Origin: Oculina patagonica
Lineage: Eukaryota
Direction of reading: 5' to 3'
DNA: 64,000 nt
NCBI RefSeq assembly: GCF_052425735.1
Contig: NC_135768.1
Location: 6,820,001-6,884,000, forward strand
Shown: in pieces, positions 43,722 through 57,435 of the stretch
Numbering within the stretch: the first letter of the stretch is position 1
Layout: the number at the start of each line of letters is the position of its first letter
Position numbers and translations under genes: made by a program
Notes under the pieces: model-generated
Database searches by the model: none
Seen by the model: only the letters and a program-made list of their open reading frames with translations
Told to the model about the DNA's origin: nothing

Positions 43722-44408
43722 TCAGGGCCGTAACCAGACCTTTGGCATAGATATGGCAAGATGCTGCTAGAAGGTTCTGGTTACAAGCACTCCAGAAATT
43801 TGAAAATCTAGAAGCACTGAAACTGTTTCTTGAACATTTTTCATGAGGCATTTCTTTAAATAAAAAAAGAAAACTTGTTCAACTGGGGATTGTTTTCCCC
43901 AACGTAAACATATTTTGTTTTATATTATGGGTTAAAATCTAGACAAGGCAAGTGCGTCGTCTTGGCTCTTGCTAGTTACGGCCCTGCCTTTAGTTCTGAT
44001 TGGACTTACCTTAGGCAATGGGTACCATTATACCCAACTCGACGACAAAATATGTACATAATTGTGTGTAACGTTATGAATTCCAAAGTTCATTTTATCC
44101 ATCACTGCTTAAAGGAATCCAACAGTGTTATAACAATAATACCTCATTTTCTTCAGAATCAGTCATATAATCCATATAAACCAATAAAATTGCACAGTTC
44201 GCTACCATTTAGCAGTAAATCGACTTCAAACAACGCACTTTTACGGCTTCCGATCGCAAGTGGCCGCCATCTTTGAATCACGCAATGAGTTGTGGGATTG
44301 ATGACGTTTCACGGCTCCCGGCCCCTGACTGAAATCTGAGCTGTCATCCTTTTGACCAACCGTTCCGTCGTTGGCTTTCTACATTCGTGTACGTTTTTGC
44401 CGAAAACA

Positions 44409-46884
44409 ATGGCTCAAATTATCCCATTTCAGCTGGAACCGGAATATTCGTCTGACGAGGAACGTCCAAAAAATATCGTAGAAGAAGAAGAAGAAGTTTT
44501 ATTCCCAGAATCAGGCGACTTAAGGTTAGGAAATTCGTCGTGGTGCATTTGCACAAATTGCAGCGAGATGGCTTCCGAAAAGGAATGCGTTTGCTGCAAG
44601 GAGATGAAAAACATTTATCTCATGACGGAAGGTAAGTGAAAGACGTTATGAAGCATGTCATGTGTAAAGATCGATGTCTAGTTCTAAATTTACGGAACTC
44701 TGACAGTAATCAACAAGAGCAACGAATGGCTTTGATTTATAAACAAACAAAGATAGCTTTATGCCTGTTTCATATGCTTCATTTACGGTTATTTTCTTGT
44801 TATTCTTTACAAAACGTTCGTTTCCTTGAGATAACTGGTCTAAATGCATCCACTGCTCAACGATTGAAATTGTTTTAAAAGGATGATCAAAAGTTTTTAA
44901 ATCGATTTAATAGTATACAGCCTTCGTTTTATCTGGACTTACATGCAAACTTCAAATTAATATAGAAAAATATTTAATATTATTTTTTTTTTGGATTAGC
45001 TTTTTTGTTGCATTTTGTTTACATGTATTTTTTTAAATTCAGGTCTTCACTGTGTAACACAACACGAAAATTGTACCGCCGTTTGTCTCAATCGGGATGT
45101 CCTTTGGACTGCATTGGCAAGCATTCATGACAGGGAAAATTCTGCTCTACCAAACCGCAAGAATGTTTCCAACAGGTTTATTAAATTGAAGCATTCATTA
45201 CTTTACATACTTGGGAATTTACTAATTTTCGCTAAGCCATGTATTTTCAACGAGTTCATCAAAAAACTTAAGTGGAAGCTTGAAATTGAAAAGTCTGTTA
45301 AAAGGTAGTATTGTAAACTATAACTCTTACTGCTTTAATGTATAAAACAAAACAATCTTGTTGTTTTCTCCTCAAGTAATGTGTTTTACCTAACGAATTT
45401 AAGAGGAAATCCGCCAGGACTTCGAGTAGTTATTGGACAAAATTATGTACCAAAACTATTTACACCTGATTGCAAGCTTTTGTGTTACTGCTTCAAATAT
45501 CTTATCGAAAGAAATCTTTTCTAACAACACCACACATCGAAAACACATTTTGAAGTTCCGCTGAATTCCACTGAATCGCTTAAAAGATGTAAGCTTTTGC
45601 CCATAGCTTGTGAACTTTAAATATCATTTTCTCAAACTCTGATAAGAAATTGTTGTACCAGAATCATTTCCACCTTATTGCAAACTTTTTTGTTACTGCT
45701 TCAAATATCTTATCAAAAGAAATCTTTTCTAACAACACCACACATCGAAAACACATTTTGAAGTTCCGCTGAATTCCACTGAATCGCTTAAGACGAATTT
45801 ACAAAATGGCTACACGTGAGATTTTGCCCATACCTTGTGAACTTTGAAATTCATTTTCTCAGACTCTGATAAGAAATTGTTGTTGGTGTTATCACGGATA
45901 ATTACTTACATCTTTACCTTTTATTAAGGGTAGGAAATAACGCAATAGGATTTAAATTATTCTGGAAATTGATTTTTGTCCAACTTTAATAAATATTACT
46001 CGACTTCCTAGTGGATTCCGTCTTAATATGATGAAACGCTGTAATCTCTCTTAGTGAGATCTGGGCCTATCGTATTTTAGTTAAGTATTAAAATTTAAGA
46101 TAAAAAAAAAAAAAAAATTCATAACAGTAGTGTCGTTAACTACAATTGTAAATGTATATAGGTTATTTTTTCTGTTAAGTATTATGTTAAATTAAGTTAG
46201 TTTTAGTTTAAGTTAGTTAGTTTTTGCTGTCAATAAAGTTGTGTTGACTAAAAAAAAAAAAAAAAATACTTGGGAATTTACAATAAACTTAGTTGTTGCG
46301 GTCGATCGAGTGTGTTTGTCTTTGTTTATTAAGTATAATTTAATGAAATTTTCTTTCCCAATTTGAGAATGTTAAATAAATATTGTTTGGAAATACTGCC
46401 ATTACAACTGAATTCAGATGGGACTACCCATTTCAGAAGTTCATTCTGTGTGAAATGTTTTTTTAAGTTACTATTTTTATGAATATGAGTCGTTCACAAA
46501 TTGTAGTGTCTGATACCCAAACTATGGTATTCCATATCTTTGAAACTTGGTCAATTGGAGTTATTTACAACACTATAAGAGTGCGAAAGCACTACACTTA
46601 AATATTTATACAATCAACAGTGTTAAGGCATGAAGATTTCTCTTTCGTTTAGGTGTTTTCGATATGCTGCATATCGCCAGTTTACCTGGTGGGCTCATGG
46701 TTGGCTCGGGAAAAAAATCCACCGAGTGATCCCAGCCTGTGTAGTTACCCGCATACGTGCTGTTTTTCCAGAGCCTGATGGTGTTTATGTCGGCTACAAG
46801 GAAGGTGATGATGACGATGACGAAAACCACGACAGTGAAATACAACAGGCATGGAGAGACTTTATCCATTTGTGTGAAGTTTAA
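44409..46884 (+). CDS. KolX / P2X7 cytoplasmic-ballast-like protein (exons 44409-44631, 45043-45175, 46653-46884)
   Basis: [48 protein letters not shown]; GT-AG introns keep frame. Confidence 0.85.
45447..45880 (+). repeat. ~210-230-bp tandem duplication in KolX intron 2
   Basis: ttactgcttcaaatatcttatc..gaattccactgaatcgctta occurs at ~45485 and ~45693. Confidence 0.75.
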
Positions 46885-47495
46885 AATTTTTTAAAAGCCA
46901 GTGAGACCTTTTTGCAGTTTTTGTTAATACATGTTCTGGTAAGATATACACATCAGAGCTACTTTACATAAGAACAAAAAGATAACCTTATTCCTACTTA
47001 TTTTCTCCAGTACTAAATTTTGCAACTCGCGATTTCAAAATAATTCTGAAGTTTAATTTGCATGAAAAAACATTGTGCAAAATTTAAGCATACCAAAGTT
47101 AAAACCATATTATAATATGTATCAAAACAGTAAACATTTTAATGTTTGAAACTGCAACTATTTACCTATTTTTTTTTTTTGTCTTCTTTCCAACAAACAC
47201 CCTTTTTCTGATTACTGTTTTCTTCAGCTTGTAATTTGGCCTAAATGTCTTTAATACAGTCAACTGCAGGCTCATTGTAGTTACATTGAACCATTGTTTG
47301 TCCAGTAGTCCCTTTGAAGTCCTTGAAGACTGAGCCATAAAACACTACTGATAAATTCATGAATTTTAGTACAGTTTTGTTCTAATTTATATTTCTTGAA
47401 ATCATGAAAATAATTGCTTGCAAAATTTGGCTTCCAGATTTTTTGAAAAATTACGTGGGTAAAAATAAGTCAGAATAAGGTTTCATTTTCTTTAA

Positions 47496-49063
47496 CCCAT
47501 TGACGCCTGAAGGTTTTACGCACGCACCCACCCCTAAATACCTGGCTATTTTACTGCATTGTACGCAAACGCACGAGTGGAAAAAATAAACCATATGCGC
47601 AGTTAATTCAGACAAACCATTAGTTTCTAAAGTAAACTTTTATTCAAACTAGACATGTTGAAATACCAATTTATGACTAAAAGAGATTCCCAGCATTGAT
47701 AAATTGATCACAAACGAAATTACAAGATAGAGATAAAATTTTATTCACCTCCGCGCGTAATTTTGGAGCTCGCAAAAACACGTAGACTTTGTACAAATTC
47801 TTAAGAAAAATCGTAAAATAGTCGGGTAAAAGATAGGTTTTTAATCTGTTCAACTGACACTGTCATTAATTCAATAACACTGAGCTCTTTTCTCGGTGCA
47901 GAAAAGCAGTAATTCGAGATGATAAAATTATCTTCAAATCACGGCGGCGTGAAAAAGCATAAACAACGCTTACAAAATTACAGAATTCCGACCACTAACT
48001 TAACACTAGCACCGCTTTCTACGCGTTCCTTTAATTTTAATGTTAATAAACATACTCCTTTGTATATTCTGAAGCACTGTTGTAATTTTCTAAAGCGATA
48101 GACATAATTCAAAACAAAGCGGAGCTAAACAATGAAGAAGCAAGTCTCCCAAAAAATAGGTGTCAGATAACAACACGTGCGCAACAAATCTGTTCGCCTT
48201 CAAAAGCCTAAAATTCCGCACTCAAAATTGATAAATGACAAAAACTTGAAAGAAACTTTGTTTAGAATTTGTTTTCAGTTAGGATGAAGCCAAGAAATGT
48301 GTTCACAACCGTCAAAATATCGAAATTTTTCGAGCCGTGCTGTATTGCACGGCAGAATTAATTATCCACATGTTCATGTCGGAGGCGAAGTTTTAATTTT
48401 AGCAGACGGCTTTTGGAGTCAATTGTACACTAAATGGATCTACCGATCCTTCAAAAAATTACATTCAAATTCGAAGCAATAACAGTACATTACCATTTCG
48501 TTCTCAGAAGTCTTGAGAAGCTGCATTTAGGCCGTGTTCAAGCCCGTGATTTGAATTCAAAACTCACTTGTAAGCGCCATTACGGCATGTCTTCGCGGCC
48601 GTGAAAGGAAAGATGAATCCTTCTTCAACAAGGTTTTAGCACTCTGTACTCCATGGTTTTCCGTTTTAGGGCCACTTAAATATTCTATAGTGTTTCTTCT
48701 TTCCTTTTTAAGTCTCAAAGATGGTATTTTTTGTGTTCAGAATCAAAAACAAGGCCTTGGAAGTTTGTAAATACGCGCCGCCCGGCGCCATGATTTTCTT
48801 GTACATTTTCAACGCACGGAATAAGACAAAAAACCTTCTTTCTAGGACCCCAAGAGTTCCCTAAAAATATGCGCAGAAAGCAGATTCTGATTGGTTTATT
48901 TGCCCTTATTATCTGTAGAACAATAGGAGAACCAAAAAGTCTCCAGCGAGGGATGGAAAGGGCATTTGTCACGATGCGGTTTTTACGGGCGCTTACGGGC
49001 GGCACAGGCATTTTAGGGGTGGTTTTCGCACGGGCGGTTACGGGCGGCACAGGCGCCAATGGG
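47496..49063. mobile_element. Non-autonomous piggyBac-like element nested in the Kolobok
   Basis: TTAA|cccattgacgcctg ... caggcgccaatggg|TTAA, with subterminal repeats. Confidence 0.8.
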
Positions 49064-49345
49064 TTAAAAAAAACTTTACCACTTTTTAGCTGTGTGGTTA
49101 TGGTGCACTTGCAATGTTTGGAGAGCACTCAAGAAGCTAGAGTTGCTCTTGGCTATCACCTGGAACAACTCTTGTGCTCCCTTTATGCTCTTCAAACTTC
49201 CGACTTTCACCATAACTCGATAGTGCATACCAAAGCATGAACCAATTTGATATCAGGTTCCTAGTAATAATACATTCTAATACATTATTTGACATGTATT
49301 CCTACACAAAAAAATGAAAGCTAAAGCTGCAAGGTCAACTGGTTT

Positions 49346-52300
49346 TTAAAAGCGTGACATTTCAAGGCGCCTGGCAATGATCTCTTCTCTTGGTGGTCTA
49401 CTTTCTGGTGCCATAACATGTGTTCGATCAAGCTCACAGTGTACATTCACCTGGTCATCATTTCTAGCCAAAGTAAAAATGTCATCTAGCATCTCTAGTT
49501 GATAACTGAATGATTTACTTTCTGGAACAGGTTCTGCTCCAAAACGCTTTGTGACTTTGTTCCAAGAAATTTTGAATCTTGGCTCTCCTTTGTGGTCACC
49601 TTCCTTAATTGTTGCCTGTTATGTAATAAAATACACTTACATCAATTGATATTTATACAAGCTTTTAAATTCATTTTTTAATGTAAAACAAGTCAGTATC
49701 AGGGTTCAAAAGCCTGTGCAGACTGCTGTTAGTCTATGGTTTCTAAGTATACAGCTAATAACATGAACTTGAAAAAATATTTTTTTTTTGTTGAATTGTA
49801 ATTTGTATCATATGGGCACCTCTATGGGAATTTGTAACATTCTATTTTATCAAAAGCTGCATGCCTCAGAACCCATTGGGTGGGTCTTGTTATAACAAGT
49901 GTGGGGTTTTCAGATTATAAGAGGATAAATAATGACATGGATACCAATAGAGCAGTTTTCAGTTGAGTGTCATAAAGCTAAAACCAAATGATAACTCTGA
50001 CCAATCACAAAGAACAGAGACAATCCAGACAATCAATCAAAACTCAAAGCAGTACATGTAGGTGCCACAAAGTGATAGAAAGCTTGCATAAGTTAGACGA
50101 AATTGGTTTTGGTATTAACTCAGATTGGAAGTGGCACAATTTTTAAACCTATCACCTAGCATAGCAAATTTATATAAAACTAAAAAAATGTTGTCATGCA
50201 CTTAGCTTCATATCTCTAGGAGATAAAATTTATATTACTTCTGACACTCAAGTAAAAACCACTCTATGCCTTTTTTCATGTTGACTGACCTGTGGTCTGT
50301 TAACATTCTTGTTATGGTCCAGAGCAGCCAGCATTGTGCCCTTACTCATGCACTCATGAGTAAAGTGCATCTGTTTTGGCAGGTATTTGAGGTACATAGA
50401 GTGGTATACCTCAAGCAGTGTTGTGTGTACACACTTCGTCAGATGTTCCATGTCCTTAAGTAGCCTCTTGTCTTTAACGACTTCAACAAGGGCATTGTGC
50501 GCAGCTGATCCTGGGGTTAGCCATTTTTTCCTGTGGAAGGCCTCAGGTGTGTACGGTTCATGTGCACACTTGTGGTAGTGCTGGTTGCCAGGCCACTCAT
50601 GTCTGTTTGTGACATGATGGATCACTGAACACCACTTCTCTTTTAGAAGCTCTGGGTTTCCTTCACAAGTAGTTGCGCTCCACCAAAGATGGTTAATTAT
50701 TGATGGTATCCATGGTTTCAGCTCGCCACATCCTCTTTTGTTTGCTGCACTTCCCAGTTTCTTTGATATAGATTTAGCCAAATGCCATGGGTCATACTGG
50801 TGGTCCTTGTCTGGGTGGTTGACTCTCATCTCCTTGCTTATTTGGGAATGGCGGTCAGTTGATATCACACACACCTCAATTCCTTGACTTTCAACTGTAA
50901 ATAGGGCATCTTGAAATCCCTTAATTTCCATAACATTGGAATTTGCTACTTGACCAACACTTACAACTTTAAAATCAACAACTTTATGGGATTGAAAGTC
51001 GATGAATGTATAAGTGCAGTACTTTGCACTATGGCCTGGGGAATCACATCGCCCATCTCCAATTAACATATTGTTTTCTCTTGACCGTAAATTCCGAATA
51101 ACACTTGCCTGCTCTTCTTCCCAAGCTTTTTCAATAACTGGGAAAACATACTTTTTCCTTAACACGTAGTATGAAGATTCACTAATCGATTTCAGATTTA
51201 AGCAATGAGCAAATCTTTCGAATTTTGCAAAGTGGATCCCACTAAAAAAAATCGCTGTAGTGAGTGCCACATTCCCTTCACCTTTAGGGCCATGCAGGGA
51301 GGGGTTGTGACTGCCACTTGTAAGAACAGCCATTCAGGCATGTCAGATGTACTGAAAGTTGTGATCCCTCATTTTGAACCTCGTTTCTAGTAATTGTTGG
51401 GGACCCACAGTTTGGACAAAACCGATAAAGCTCTTTCAGATTATCCTCGTACACAATAAATGTCCGTTGTCTGTTTATAACAACTTCTACTGCTGAACTT
51501 TGGGAAAGCCCGTCTTCAGAACAATCACTGGGATAATATTCAGATTGGCTGGCAGTTGCAGTTTCAGTACACTGAGAATCGACATGTTCCTCAACTTGTT
51601 GAGCCACTGTTGAAACATCCTGAAAGTCGTCACTACATGTTTTAGTTCCAGATTCGATTGTTGTGTTTTCTTTTTCGTTAATTGTTCTCGACGGCCGATC
51701 TTGAGGCTTTTTGGAACAATACGGATGGTCAACCATAACATCTTCGACTACATCCTCTGGGAACTGAACGGAGACCTCACACGTACCTACGGTCTGGCTG
51801 GTTTCGACGCCAATGTCAACTTGGATGCCAATGTCAACTGATGGGGACATGTCTGTTTGCGTACTCACTTCTTTCGATAGTAAAGCTAATGATTTCGCTT
51901 CGACTTTAATATCATCGGAGTTCTTTGACGGAGCGTTTTCTTCAGAATTCGAAGCCAGTGCCTCTTCAATTGTCTGAAAAGTGAGTATTGAAATTGTCAT
52001 TGTTTTTTTTATCCCCCCAAATTAGTAACACTAATTATCTAAAAGTATGAACCATGTAGTAAAAGTCGTGTACCTGCTGTCGTTGTCGTCGAGCTGCACG
52101 TTGCTCACTTATTATTCGTGGTTTTTTTGCCTGCTTGTGTGAAAAAATTGTTGGCACTGCATCTTCCTTTAACTTTCTCTTCCACCGACAGTGGCCAATT
52201 AAGTTTTCTTGAAGACGGACTGTGTCATCAAACGCATCAGGACGAAAATGGTGAGAACACAATCTCGGATCTTTAGGCAAAGTGGTTCGCTTGACAGCAA

Positions 52301-52412
52301 TAATCCACTTTTTTCTTAATTTTTCATTCCTGGGAAAACTGTGGAGCGTTGAACTTGAGCCACTCCTGTTTTTTGTCGAAAAATTACACCCAAAAGCGCA
52401 ACAACTCGGCAT
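49346..52412 (-). pseudogene. Kolobok THAP + DDE transposase (exons ~52412-52075, 51973-~50290, 49615-49346), +1 frameshift at ~51302
   Basis: THAP MPSCCAFGC..LHSFP..LCSHHF..AVPTIF; GDGRCDSPGHSAKY, STDRH, YDPWH, TTLLEVYH; extra C in a C4 run. Confidence 0.85.
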
Positions 52413-52972
52413 TTTTTTTCTTGTTTACATCTTTAAACTTCGCGCGTAGCTTTAAACTTCGCGGGGAGCCGTGAAACGTCATCAATCCCACAACTCATTG
52501 CGTGATTCAAAGATGGCGGCCACTTGCGATCGGAAGCCGTAAAAGTGCGTTGTTTGAAGTCGATTTACTGCTAAATGGTAGCGAACTGTGCAATTTTATA
52601 GGATTATATGGATTATATGACTGATTCTGAAGAAAATGAGGTATTATTGTTATAACACTGTTGGATTCCTTTAAGAGCAGTAATGAAGAGAGCAATTGTT
52701 CATGAGAGCATCACAATTTTAGGTGATATAGATTTTGTTGTAAAACAAATAGTTTCAGAAACGAATGACTTACATGGTTATTGCGTTAGGGACACAGTTT
52801 ATCAGTGAAATCAAGTGAAGACGTGTCCAAGAATTTTGTGAAACTATGCATGAAACATGGAGAACAACAGTAGAGAAGGAGCAAAAGGCGATTGGCAGTA
52901 AAATTGTAAATAAGGCAGAGTATCTTGGAGGAGTACAAATTCTGGCCCTTTTCTCCATAAGAAGAGAAGGAA

Positions 52973-52984
52973 ATGATGATGATA

Positions 52985-53041
<57 letters not shown>

Positions 53042-53058
53042 GTGTGATGATGATGATG
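52973..53058 (+). repeat. (GAT)n microsatellite
   Basis: About 25 near-perfect GAT units. Confidence 0.95.
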
Positions 53059-54568
53059 CTACAAATCAAAGGAGTTCATTTAGCAAAGTGATCTTTACTG
53101 TTTGGCAGTTAGCTCAGAAGAACCTTTTGAGTATCGAAGTTAAGAATGTATTTCAACGATTAATAAAATAAATTGTATTATTGAGAACCAAAACGGAACC
53201 TTTGCTAGTCATGGTTTTGATCAGTTGTTACAGTACCCGCAAAACAGACTTGTAAAGTCATGATCAAAAATGTCGAAAATGATGTCTCGAAGAAATACAA
53301 ATTATCTAAAGTTTTGACAATTGTGTTATGTCAGAAAGAGCATATCGTGTGAGTTAGCCCAGTGGAACGTCTTAAACAGGCTAGCATATCATGCTTGGTA
53401 ATACTAGTGAAGTTTCATATGCCCTCTGAGCGAACGAACGATTTAATTTGAAACTATCAACCCCTCATGGCCACACAACTAAAGCCTAGTTTACACGAGC
53501 AATTTTTATGTGGCAATTTCTATTTGCTCGAGTAGACAAATTCATTTGTTGACAATTCAGTTGGCGTGTAAGCTTTCATGTGACAAATAAAAGTTGTCAC
53601 ATACGAAAATTGCTCGTTTAGACGACTCGTCACACAAAATGTGGCAAATATTGCGTCATCATATGTGGTCCCTAATCCCCCAAACTCTCACTGGGCACTG
53701 TGCGCGCGTATCTCTGTGCGTATCTCTGCTGTCCAAAATCATCACTGGCGCACTAAACATTGGACTGCTGTCAAATAATTGTTGTGTCATATACACGATA
53801 AATATATTTGTCACACCCGGCTTAACTACGAACTTTGAATGACAACAATTGCACAACGAGGTATGTATAACGTCACTCCATTGATACTTATGACAGATTA
53901 CAATTGCATAATACGCAAGTGAACAGCACGTGAAGTGAGAAGACGCTATTAGTTTGACTGAGAAAAACCACTAGAGTCAAAAGGCGAATCAAATATTGAG
54001 CCGACTTCCTGCCAGTACGCTGGATCATAATTCTGACATTCTAGGATCAATGGTGGGAGTCTAGAGACTGTTTAGAGTAGTCGTCAACAAAGTTGACTTG
54101 TTACAGCGAGCGCGGCCTAGAAACCTCTAGAATTAACTTTTCTGTTGATCAGTAAAAGCCCTCTAGGCAAGAAGCTGGTATTTTATTGTCTTCAAGTTAT
54201 GACAAATGACATAAAAGACCCAGCATGTTAGTTGAGCAATGACAATTTTTGAGCTCACTTTTTATCTCCTAGAAAGATTGACTATTGTGGTAAACAATAT
54301 TAAAAAACCAAGATTGTAAACTGTTTATAATTTGGGTTGACAAAGCCCTTTTTGGGAGATCAATAAACGTTAAGTGTAGTCATGCATTTAACGGCTACTA
54401 TTAAACGCAATGAACTTGAACGGAAAGAAAGAGCGCGATTGTGACGTAGTCACGGCACTGCAGAGCTAAAAGCATTGCTCAGTGCTTAGCCAGAAGAATG
54501 CCGTGTTTTAAAGATTAGAAATTTTTTTAAAGAAAAACAAAGTCAACGATTTAACAAGCGAACCAATA

Positions 54569-55513
54569 ATGGACCTTGAGCTGACTTTCCGCCTCGCTAG
54601 ACCGAATGACTTTGACGAGGTTCTGAAATTGTCAGAAGGAATTTACGATGGACACGACTATCTTCCATTTAGATACCATACGTGGATAAAGATGGAAAAT
54701 GTTGCTGTTATGCTTGCTTACAATGGAGAGAAACTTGTGGGTTTGCTTCTGCGTACTGTTGTTGACGATGGAAAGACAGTTATCGGTCGAGCTGGCCGTA
54801 CATTACGGGAGCTTCGCGGTCAAGGCATTAATAAGCGGCTGTTTCAAGCGGTTGATGCGTTTATACGTAACCGTTACCCAAACGCTTCTCGACAACGATT
54901 CATAACTTTAAAGAGTTATGACAGTTATCCTACGCTAACAAAACTTACACAGATGGATTTTTTGAGCTCTTACGCAAAACAGAAGGTTGTACGCTCTCAT
55001 TCCTTTTCTACAACTAATGATTTCATTCAGATTGAAGCTTGCACTAAAGAATACTTATGCGATGTTATTTTCTCGAGCCCTCAGGCGAAGAAATTGTTCC
55101 CAGATAATGTCATCATCTTCGATTTTTTCCCAATGGAGCCTCTGCGATCAAATATCGATTACTGGCAGCAAGAAAACGAGTTGTTCTTTGCTGTCGAGAA
55201 ATGTAGTGATGGTGCTTTTCCAAGATCGATCAGCTTCGGTGTGTTGTCACCAAGAGTAAAATGTGATCATTGGTCTGTGACTGTTTACACCAGTGATCCA
55301 GTTTTGCACGAAGCTCATCTTTTGCATCAATTGAAGCGAGCCTGCGAAGTTGTTAAAGGAGATTTCAGTTTTGACACGCTTCAAGATAAAAGTTTAACAA
55401 ACTTCGGGAGAAGTGTGTTGCAGAAACGATTGCAGCTGGAATTAGATGAAGAAATGTCTGAAATGTCAGTGAAACTGTACGAAGCGCGGTTCCTTCAGCA
55501 AAGTCATCTTTAA
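54569..55513 (+). CDS. HISAT/NAT16-like GNAT, intact, C-terminal SHL
   Basis: 314-aa paralog; ends QQSHL. Confidence 0.85.
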   Translation: MDLELTFRLARPNDFDEVLKLSEGIYDGHDYLPFRYHTWIKMENVAVMLAYNGEKLVGLLLRTVVDDGKTVIGRAGRTLRELRGQGINKRLFQAVDAFIRNRYPNASRQRFITLKSYDSYPTLTKLTQMDFLSSYAKQKVVRSHSFSTTNDFIQIEACTKEYLCDVIFSSPQAKKLFPDNVIIFDFFPMEPLRSNIDYWQQENELFFAVEKCSDGAFPRSISFGVLSPRVKCDHWSVTVYTSDPVLHEAHLLHQLKRACEVVKGDFSFDTLQDKSLTNFGRSVLQKRLQLELDEEMSEMSVKLYEARFLQQSHL

Positions 55514-56445
55514 ATGACAATTAGCCATTATTATCGACATGGTCAAAATGTATTTAGAATGCTTACAGGGCGATTGGAGCTCACTGAAGTTGTTATTTTG
55601 AAGACAAAGGACATGAAAGACCCAACCAGTTTCTCGCTGATTCCAAGCGAGATCATGCCCCCTCCCCCCCCCCCTCCCCTTCCCGGGGAAACCACCGGGC
55701 ATTTGACTTTTTTCAAAATGGCTCATCAAATTCCCCACTATGTGGACCAGTTGCACGGTCAAACTGTCTACCGGTCGGGGCTGAAATGTCATTGTGAGTT
55801 GGATTTTCTGGTTAACACTAGGTCTAAATGAACACTCACGCCTTCTACATCAGCCAATTTTAATAGGAAAAGATACGTTTAACCTAATTTACGTTAACGT
55901 AACCAAATGATACTTAATTACTTCACGTGTTTGAGGTCGTTAGCGTTCTAAAGTTTTAACAATTTTGCCAACGGTCAAATGTTCGACCATCCGGGCTTCT
56001 GTTCCCCAGCTAATTCCAGCTATTCGGCTAGCGCCGACCAAATTTGGTAGAAATTCCAATTATTGGATCGCAACCGTCCAATATCAAAAATTATTAGATC
56101 GCAACCTCGTTCCCAAGAACCGCTGACGTCACGCGACTGAAAGGCTTTGCTGCCGAGCAGGTTGAAAGCGCGAAATGGCCGCTAGATTTGAGCATTACGA
56201 AGAGGTAAAATTTAAAGTTATTAGAAGACAAGGAAAGTCAAAACACGGAAAAAGCAACGAAGGGGAGTCGATCGATTTTGAATTCATTTTGCACATTTGG
56301 AGCTCTGGAAATATTTTGAATGAATAATAAAACAATTATTGAATTCGGCTTTCGTAAGAATTATGCAGATCTCGGAGGGTGGATAACACCCTTCTCGATC
56401 TGCATAATTCTTCATATCATACTCAGCCTCATCCAATAATTGCTA

Positions 56446-56756
56446 AATATTAAGATACAGAGTAAATATAACTCGAGTTTCACGCGCTAAGCGATCATCA
56501 GACTGAGTGTCTGAAAAACTCTGCATCTTATCCGCTTGCGATGTTTCGCTCCTCAACAAGCAGAAATCTGAGCTGGTCACTAAATAGTCGTCATGAGAAC
56601 AAGTTCTCTACAACGTCCAATTAGATGAGGCGCCAATCCAACCGTTCTTAAATTTGAAATTTTAAGTTATAACGGAAGCTTTTTTATTTTAACACTCAGT
56701 CTGATGATCGCTTAGTGCGTGAAACTCGAGTTATATTTACTCTTTATCTTCATATT
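56446..56756 (+). mobile_element. Penelope-like 3' remnant with inverted pseudo-LTR arms
   Basis: ~65-bp inverted arms (56446-56510, 56692-56756) containing CTGATGA..GAAA; degenerate SELVTK..RHENKF ORF end between them. Confidence 0.6.
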
Positions 56757-56961
56757 TGAATAAGTCTACAATAAACTGGAACTTAAATCACGACTAAGGA
56801 TGTTGTTGTTGAATTTTAATATTTGAATATATATATTTATATTTATAGACTACAAGCCGATAAACTGAAGACTTCATCTGCTTTTAAAGTGCTCAGTGGT
56901 AAAACCCGAGCTGTAATAACATAGATTTATGGAGTCGTACTATAAATTCAAAACCATTTAT

Positions 56962-57007
56962 TCGCTACTCTGAGTTTCAAGCCTCATGCGAGGCAATCAT
57001 CAGGCGA
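56962..57007 (-). ncRNA. Minimal type I hammerhead ribozyme
   Basis: tcgc-CTGATGA-ttgcctc(gcat)gaggctt-GAAA-ctc(a)gag-TA-gcga; core and helices I-III present; GUA cleavage site. Confidence 0.85.
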
Positions 57008-57059
57008 CTGCAAGAGAAAAACGATTACATGTAAAGATATACAAATTTGAAAATAGGGA

Positions 57060-57435
57060 ATCGAAGTCAGTTCGTTTCTATGATTAATTGTTGACATTTC
57101 TGGTTTGCAAATTATAAAATATTTCTCACAAAGACACAGATTACATTTTTTGTTGATATTAGAATACGATCGTGCTAGCCTTATTTTCCGCCATCTAATC
57201 TCGTAGTTGATTTTCGGTCCTTTAGACTCCATACATACTTGCTGAGCCCTGTTGCATTTTTGTACCGTTCGTTTCTGAAAGAGCATGTATGTTTTCGGTA
57301 CCGTTCTTTAAATGTCGAGTCACAAACAACGATGTAGGTCTCCTTCGAGTGAGGGGTGATGACCTCTGCTTGGTAAATAATGTTCCGCTCTTTACAATTT
57401 CCTTCAAGTGGACAAGAGTTCTTATTTCGGCAATT
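57060..57435 (-). pseudogene. Penelope-like GIY-YIG endonuclease remnant
   Basis: [34 protein letters not shown], then frameshifted [12 protein letters not shown]. Confidence 0.8.

Larger units (their letters stand above)
44113..52670. mobile_element. Kolobok DNA transposon
   Basis: 207-bp TIRs (44113-44319, 52464-52670), AG..CT ends, TTAA TSD; convergent KolX and THAP-transposase genes; empty paralogous site near 57740. Confidence 0.9.

Noticed and set aside
43962-44276. Duplicated peptide also seen at 52507-52695
   Set aside because: Translation of the Kolobok TIRs
45884-46266. Poly(A)-tailed retroposon fragment in KolX intron 2
   Set aside because: AATAAA and A-tail are visible, but boundaries and family cannot be supported
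52770-53091. Poly-Asp and poly-Ser ORFs
   Set aside because: Products of the (GAT)n microsatellite
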